Assembly (NCBI GenBank): GCA_042568575.1
Contig: JBHPIO010000001.1
Location: forward strand, 64,001-128,000
From: Patescibacteria group bacterium
GTDB taxonomy: Bacteria > Patescibacteriota > Gracilibacteria > UBA1369 > PNNO01
Reading direction: 5' to 3'
DNA: 64,000 nucleotides
This document shows, piece after piece, positions 59,675-64,000 of this stretch; position 1 is the first letter of the stretch, and every line of letters starts with the position of its first letter. The position numbers and the translations under genes were made by a program. A model generated the notes under the pieces. That model was not told where the DNA came from. It saw only the letters and a program-made list of their open reading frames with translations, and searched no databases.

Positions 59675-60594
59675 GCTCCCTCTTTCAAGCCTTTTAGGAA
59701 GTATTTTTTTGAAAGCGCATAATAATATAACGTGCAGTATTTCCCATCAGAGATATCGCGGATTTTTTTGAATACAAATAAAGGAATGGGATTTGATAGA
59801 AGCGCAAAAGCTATCTTTTTCCATGTTGAGGGAACTTTATTCAATTCAGGATATTTTTTATGAATCAAATGTGCCGATTTCCCGATCATTCTCATTCTAT
59901 CTGCAAGACTTTCCTCTTCCATTGGGTGATAATGATAACCAATAGCCCGAGGATTGTAGTGCAGCACTAAATTCTCTTTTTTTGTTAATCGATAGCCAAG
60001 TTCAATATCTTCCCATCCATATGAACTAAACCTCGAATCGAAAGGGTACTTTTTAAGAACAGATGTCTTTAAGGAAATATTAATCGTATAGAAAAAGTTA
60101 TAATCTGCCTTCGTTTTACCTTCAAGTTTCTCAAAAGCAAACTGATGTCCGCCAAATTTCCCCATCACAGAAGAACCATTTGTAAGCCAATCCATAAAAG
60201 GTGTAATTTCAAGACGCGGATCCCAACTTACAAATCCCAAAACAGCTTCATTTGGCTTATTAAACCTGCGATGATACTGAACATGTTGCTTAACAAAATC
60301 TGGAAGAACCATAAGATCATCTCCGATAAGAATAACTATCTTCCCCTGAGCATATCTAAGCGCATAATTCCGAGCAATCCCCTGCCCCTGATTTTTCTGG
60401 TGTAGTGCTTTAAACTGCACTTTCGATTTTTTCTCAAATTCTTCAAGAACTTCCTTAGTATTATCCGTACTCCCATCATCAACAACAATAATTTCGAACT
60501 CGTTTTTAACAAAGTCCTGCTTCAAAAGCTTTTCAAGACATTCTTTTAAAATATCTGCTCTGTTGTATGTTGGGATAATAACGGTTGCCTGCAC
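59671..60594 (-). CDS. Glycosyltransferase family 2
   Basis: Motifs VIIPTYNR, IIVVDDGSTD, ARN, IGDD, FD..F..YGWEDIELGYRL. GTG start. Confidence 0.9.
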   Translation of the reverse strand: MQATVIIPTYNRADILKECLEKLLKQDFVKNEFEIIVVDDGSTDNTKEVLEEFEKKSKVQFKALHQKNQGQGIARNYALRYAQGKIVILIGDDLMVLPDFVKQHVQYHRRFNKPNEAVLGFVSWDPRLEITPFMDWLTNGSSVMGKFGGHQFAFEKLEGKTKADYNFFYTINISLKTSVLKKYPFDSRFSSYGWEDIELGYRLTKKENLVLHYNPRAIGYHYHPMEEESLADRMRMIGKSAHLIHKKYPELNKVPSTWKKIAFALLSNPIPLFVFKKIRDISDGKYCTLYYYALSKKYFLKGLKEGA

Positions 60595-60652
60595 CTTGTG
60601 ATTTTGATTAAGAACATTTGAAGTTTACGGCAGCACGCAAGAAAATTCAACT

Positions 60653-60691
60653 AAGTCGCATGCCATACATTTTAAATATGACACGCGACTT
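60653..60691 (-). terminator. Long hairpin downstream of ssb (probable terminator, weak U tract)
   Basis: AAGUCGCGUGUCAUA/UAUGGCAUGCGACUU, with two G-U pairs that only form on the minus strand. Confidence 0.5.
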
Positions 60692-60727
60692 TAGTCCCAA
60701 CAAAGCCTATCTTAAATTTTCGGCTTA

Positions 60728-61144
60728 CTATTTATCCTCTTCCTCGTCTTCCATCTCTTCATCCTCATCCTTAATTGGCTCAACCGACGCATTCGGTTCA
60801 CCCTGCTTATTCTTCTTCCAAGTTAAAATATTCACATCCTTCGCAACTATTTCAGTAACATATTTAGTATCACCCTCCTTTGTTTCATAACTTCGATTTT
60901 TCAGCATCCCTTCAAGATAAATACTTGAACCCTTCTTTAGGTATTCACCACAAATTTCCCCAAGTTTATGCCATGCAATGATCCGATGAAAATCTGTCGC
61001 ACGTTTTTGTTCCCCATCTGGATTTTTCCACTGACGATTTGTTGCTAGCGCAAAATTCGCCACTTTTTTGCCCGTAGTTGTCTCACGCAGATCTGGATCA
61101 GCAACCAGGTTCCCCATGAGAGTCACTCGATTTAAACTTCGCAT
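60728..61144 (-). CDS. ssb: Single-stranded DNA-binding protein (start re-called to 61144)
   Basis: Motifs SLNRVTLMGNLVADP.LR, F.LATNR.W, T.FH.I.AW, YLKKGS.IY.EG.L..RSY, Y.TEIV. Confidence 0.92.
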   Translation of the reverse strand: MRSLNRVTLMGNLVADPDLRETTTGKKVANFALATNRQWKNPDGEQKRATDFHRIIAWHKLGEICGEYLKKGSSIYLEGMLKNRSYETKEGDTKYVTEIVAKDVNILTWKKNKQGEPNASVEPIKDEDEEMEDEEEDK

Positions 61145-61292
61145 ATTTTTTTGGTTAAAAAATGAAAGTGCCCTAAGCTTAGCGAACACTTGTAAAAAGG
61201 ATCTAAAAAAAATATTAAAAGTTGAAGTGTGTTTTTTCTTGTTTTTTAGGCATATTTCGCTAATAATGAACGCACAAAATAATACTCTATCA

Positions 61293-61874
61293 ATGTTCAC
61301 AGGAATCATTCAGGAAATCGGAACCATTAAAAAAATCACGCAGGACGGTGACAACAAAGTCGTTGAGATTGAAGCAAAGACAACTTTAAAGGATTGTAAG
61401 AAAGGAGGTTCTATTTGCGTAAACGGAATCTGTTCAACCGTTATGAATATTTCAGATAGCGAATTTTCTGTTGAATACATGCCTGAAACTCTAAAATTAA
61501 CAACTGTTCAAGATTGGCAGGAAAAAGAAAGTGTAAACCTCGAATCTTCACTAACCTTAAGCGATAAACTAAGCGGACATTTTGTTGCAGGACACGTGGA
61601 TGCTGTCGGAAAAATAATCAATATTAAAGAAAATGATTTTGATATTTCATTCCCACCGGAAATTGCTAAATTTATCGCATTTAAAGGATCAATTACTGTT
61701 GATGGCATTAGTCTCACAGTTTCAAAACTCGATGACGAACACTTCACAGTTTCTATCATTCCTCACACGCTTGAAAACACTACGCTTGGAAAGAAGATAG
61801 TTAGTGATACTATTAATCTGGAAGTTGATTTAATAAGTCGTTATTTGCAAAGATTCGCTGATTTATCTAACTAA
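61293..61874 (+). CDS. ribE: Riboflavin synthase alpha chain (start re-called to 61293)
   Basis: MFTGII N-terminus, SICVNG.C.TV, ETL..T, VNLE, GHFVAGHVD, KGSITVDGISLTV, IIPHT, NLEVD. Confidence 0.93.
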   Translation: MFTGIIQEIGTIKKITQDGDNKVVEIEAKTTLKDCKKGGSICVNGICSTVMNISDSEFSVEYMPETLKLTTVQDWQEKESVNLESSLTLSDKLSGHFVAGHVDAVGKIINIKENDFDISFPPEIAKFIAFKGSITVDGISLTVSKLDDEHFTVSIIPHTLENTTLGKKIVSDTINLEVDLISRYLQRFADLSN

Positions 61875-61876
61875 TT

Positions 61877-62326
61877 ATGAAAAAAGAAACTACCGACAAT
61901 TCGGATTACACAGGAGAAAACGTGAAAGTTGCGATTGTATACTCGCAGTTTAATGAAGAGATTGTGGAAAAGTTGCTTTCCGGGACTATTAATGAACTGG
62001 AAAGGCTTCAAACTAAAGAAATTAAAACATTCAAAGTTCCCGGAGCACTCGAAATTCCTGTGGTTGCAAAAAAAATTATCGAGAAGAATGAGTTCGATGT
62101 TATTATTGCTCTCGGTGCGATAATTAAAGGAGGTACAACGCATTTTGAGCATGTATCGACCGAAAGTATCCATGCATTATCAATACTCTCCTTACAAACA
62201 GGAGTCCCCATAATTTCTGGAATTCTTACAGCGCTAGATGAAAATCAAGCAAATGAAAGAATTGATAGAGGAAAAGAATTCGCACAAAGCGCGCTTCACA
62301 CCGTTCACACTTTAAAATCAATTTAA
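61877..62326 (+). CDS. ribH: 6,7-dimethyl-8-ribityllumazine synthase
   Basis: Motifs AIVYSQFN, VPGALEIP, ALGAIIKGGTTHFE, VP...GILT. Confidence 0.93.
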   Translation: MKKETTDNSDYTGENVKVAIVYSQFNEEIVEKLLSGTINELERLQTKEIKTFKVPGALEIPVVAKKIIEKNEFDVIIALGAIIKGGTTHFEHVSTESIHALSILSLQTGVPIISGILTALDENQANERIDRGKEFAQSALHTVHTLKSI

Positions 62327-62336
62327 TTATAAACTC

Positions 62337-63518
62337 ATGAAACTCCAAACACTAAAAGATGCTGATATTGCTCACAAAACCGTTCTCTTACGAGTTGATT
62401 ATAATGTTCCATTACGAAATGGAAAAGTTGCTGATGATACACGGATAAAGCAGTCACTTCCAACTCTAAAACACCTTGTTCAACAAGATGCGAAAATAAT
62501 TATTATGTCGCATCTCGGACGTCCAAAAGGTGAAGTTAATGAGGAATTACGTTTAACGCCGGTTGCGGATCATCTATCTAAACTTCTTGATGCACCAATA
62601 ATTAAAGTTGAAAGTTGCATTGGAGCCGATGTTGAAGAAGCAATCAAGTCTATGAAAAACGGACAAATTTTAATGCTTGAAAATACTCGTTTCCATGCTG
62701 AAGAGAAAAAGAACGACCCTGAGTTTGCAAAAAAACTCGCAAGCTATGCGGATGTTTACGTAAGTGATGCATTTGGCACAGTTCATAGAGCTCATGCATC
62801 AACAGAAGGAGTTGCTCACCATTTACCGGCTTATGCGGGATTCTTGATTGAAAAGGAAATAGCAGCACTCTCCCCTCTTTTGGAGAAACCTGAGGCGCCA
62901 TTTGTATTAATTATGGGTGGAGCAAAAATCGACACTAAAATTGGTGTGATAAAAAATTATCTAGAAAAGGCTGACAAAATTATTATTGGAGGTGGACTTG
63001 CAAACACTTTCCTTCTTGCTCGAGGATTTGATGTAGGAGCTTCATTATGTGAGAAAGACAAAGTTGAAACAGCTCAAGATATAATGCTTGAAGCTGACAA
63101 AGCCAATTGTGAAATCGTAATGCCGGAAGATGTAATTGCCGCAGATGAAATAAGCGACGATGCAATTACAGCAGATGCAAATATTAGAGGAATTGAAGGT
63201 GAAATGCAGATTTTAGATATTGGTGAAGAGTCGCTGAAGCAATTTGTTGAAATAATTAATGAAGCAGCAACAATTATCTGGAACGGACCAGTTGGTTTAT
63301 ATGAGAAAAAGCCATTCGAAAAAGGAACACGAGAAATTGCATGGGCAGTAAAAAACAGCCAAGCCAAGACCTATTTAGGTGGCGGCGACACAGTGGATGC
63401 AATCAAACGATTCGACATCTCTCCAGATTCATTTACTCATGTTTCTACAGGAGGCGGAGCAATGTTGGAGTTCTTGGAAGGAAAAGATTTGCCTGGACTT
63501 AAAGTGTTAAAAAAATAA
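62337..63518 (+). CDS. pgk: Phosphoglycerate kinase
   Basis: Motifs RVDYNVP, SHLGRP, LENTRF, DAFGTVHRAHAS, GGAK, WNGP.G, GGGDT, HVSTGGGA.LE. Confidence 0.96.
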   Translation: MKLQTLKDADIAHKTVLLRVDYNVPLRNGKVADDTRIKQSLPTLKHLVQQDAKIIIMSHLGRPKGEVNEELRLTPVADHLSKLLDAPIIKVESCIGADVEEAIKSMKNGQILMLENTRFHAEEKKNDPEFAKKLASYADVYVSDAFGTVHRAHASTEGVAHHLPAYAGFLIEKEIAALSPLLEKPEAPFVLIMGGAKIDTKIGVIKNYLEKADKIIIGGGLANTFLLARGFDVGASLCEKDKVETAQDIMLEADKANCEIVMPEDVIAADEISDDAITADANIRGIEGEMQILDIGEESLKQFVEIINEAATIIWNGPVGLYEKKPFEKGTREIAWAVKNSQAKTYLGGGDTVDAIKRFDISPDSFTHVSTGGGAMLEFLEGKDLPGLKVLKK

Positions 63519-63998
63519 CTACTTCTTCTTACTCTTCCAATAAAGCGCATTATACCCTCTAATATATGCGTCTATTGATGCTTGGATAATATCCGGAGAT
63601 GTCGCAGAACCAAGTACTTTTTCGCCGCTCTTGTCCCCCATCGTGATGTTTACCTCAACGGCAGCGTCTGTACCTGCGGAATGGATTGTTACCGCGTAAT
63701 CTAGTAATTTAACTTCCAATTTATCGTCCTTTGCAATTCCTTTTTTAAGAGCTTCGATAATCGCATCAACTGGCCCCACACCTTCTGCTTTTGCACATAT
63801 TTTCTTGCCCATAAATTCTATGTCGATGGTTGTAACTGGACGCTTTGCTTTGCTTATTTGTAAGTCAAAATCAATAATTTTTAAAACTGGTTTTTTCGAA
63901 GAAAATTCTTTAAGCACATTTTCTACGATTTTTTGAAGATCACTTTCTGTTACTGATTTCCCTTTTGCCTGGAAATTTAAAAGTTCACCGTGAACTGC
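63519..63998 (-). CDS. C-terminal allosteric (LeuA_dimer) domain of 2-isopropylmalate/citramalate synthase; gene begins beyond the window end
   Basis: Frame open to the window edge (..KGKSVTESDLQKIV..). Motifs GVGPVDA, LLDY.V, GTDAAVEV, SPDIIQAS..AY..GYN. Confidence 0.75.
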   Translation of the reverse strand, partial: AVHGELLNFQAKGKSVTESDLQKIVENVLKEFSSKKPVLKIIDFDLQISKAKRPVTTIDIEFMGKKICAKAEGVGPVDAIIEALKKGIAKDDKLEVKLLDYAVTIHSAGTDAAVEVNITMGDKSGEKVLGSATSPDIIQASIDAYIRGYNALYWKSKKK

Positions 63999-64000
63999 CC

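Noticed and set aside
59330-59700. tmRNA gene (because of the AANDE...AA peptide)
   Set aside because: No tRNA-like 5' GGGG or 3' TPsiC-CCA ends. The motif lies within a 99-codon ATG-started ORF.
61145-61292. FMN riboswitch upstream of ribE (or ribBA)
   Set aside because: The spacer is short and AT-rich with no RFN motifs, and ribBA starts 1 bp after tsf.

Overview
AT-rich (~35% GC by eye) bacterial chromosomal segment using genetic code 11 (TGA is a stop). Gene content and style suggest a Patescibacteria/CPR organism, probably Peregrinibacteria-like. This is an inference from the short EF-Ts, SD-less starts, TrmB regulator, SLH surface proteins, secretin-less type IV pilus cluster and VirB2-like pilin. 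Most genes are housekeeping: ilvE, queA, ribBA, tsf, rpsB, der, uvrC, tRNA-Leu(CAA), obgE, pth, rplU, rluD, tyrS, recG, pabB/pabA, elp3, gatB, coaE, fmt, ssb, ribE, ribH, pgk and a leuA-like C-terminus. The main findings are: (1) an 799-aa fusion of a RimK-related ATP-grasp ligase, a retropepsin-like peptidase and a DUF1704/MATCAP-type HExxxH carboxypeptidase, next to a PKD-7TM membrane partner ending in EEE, which is a candidate one-polypeptide writer/eraser of C-terminal amino-acid tails; (2) a head-to-head Elp3 + Trm9/ALKBH8-like methyltransferase pair, suggesting eukaryote-type mcm5U34 tRNA modification in a bacterium; (3) a split Rsb-type partner-switching system linked to an NTT-like transporter-HEAT protein and a PrsW protease, with no sigma factor nearby; (4) a small hairpin RNA with its own promoter and terminator upstream of tyrS, plus a second hairpin with an anti-Shine-Dalgarno loop; (5) UvrC with a GNAT-like insertion; (6) a small acidic protein carrying ssrA-tag-like motifs. 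No CRISPR array, rRNA, integrase or transposase was seen. All family assignments are from motif recognition by eye, not database searches.
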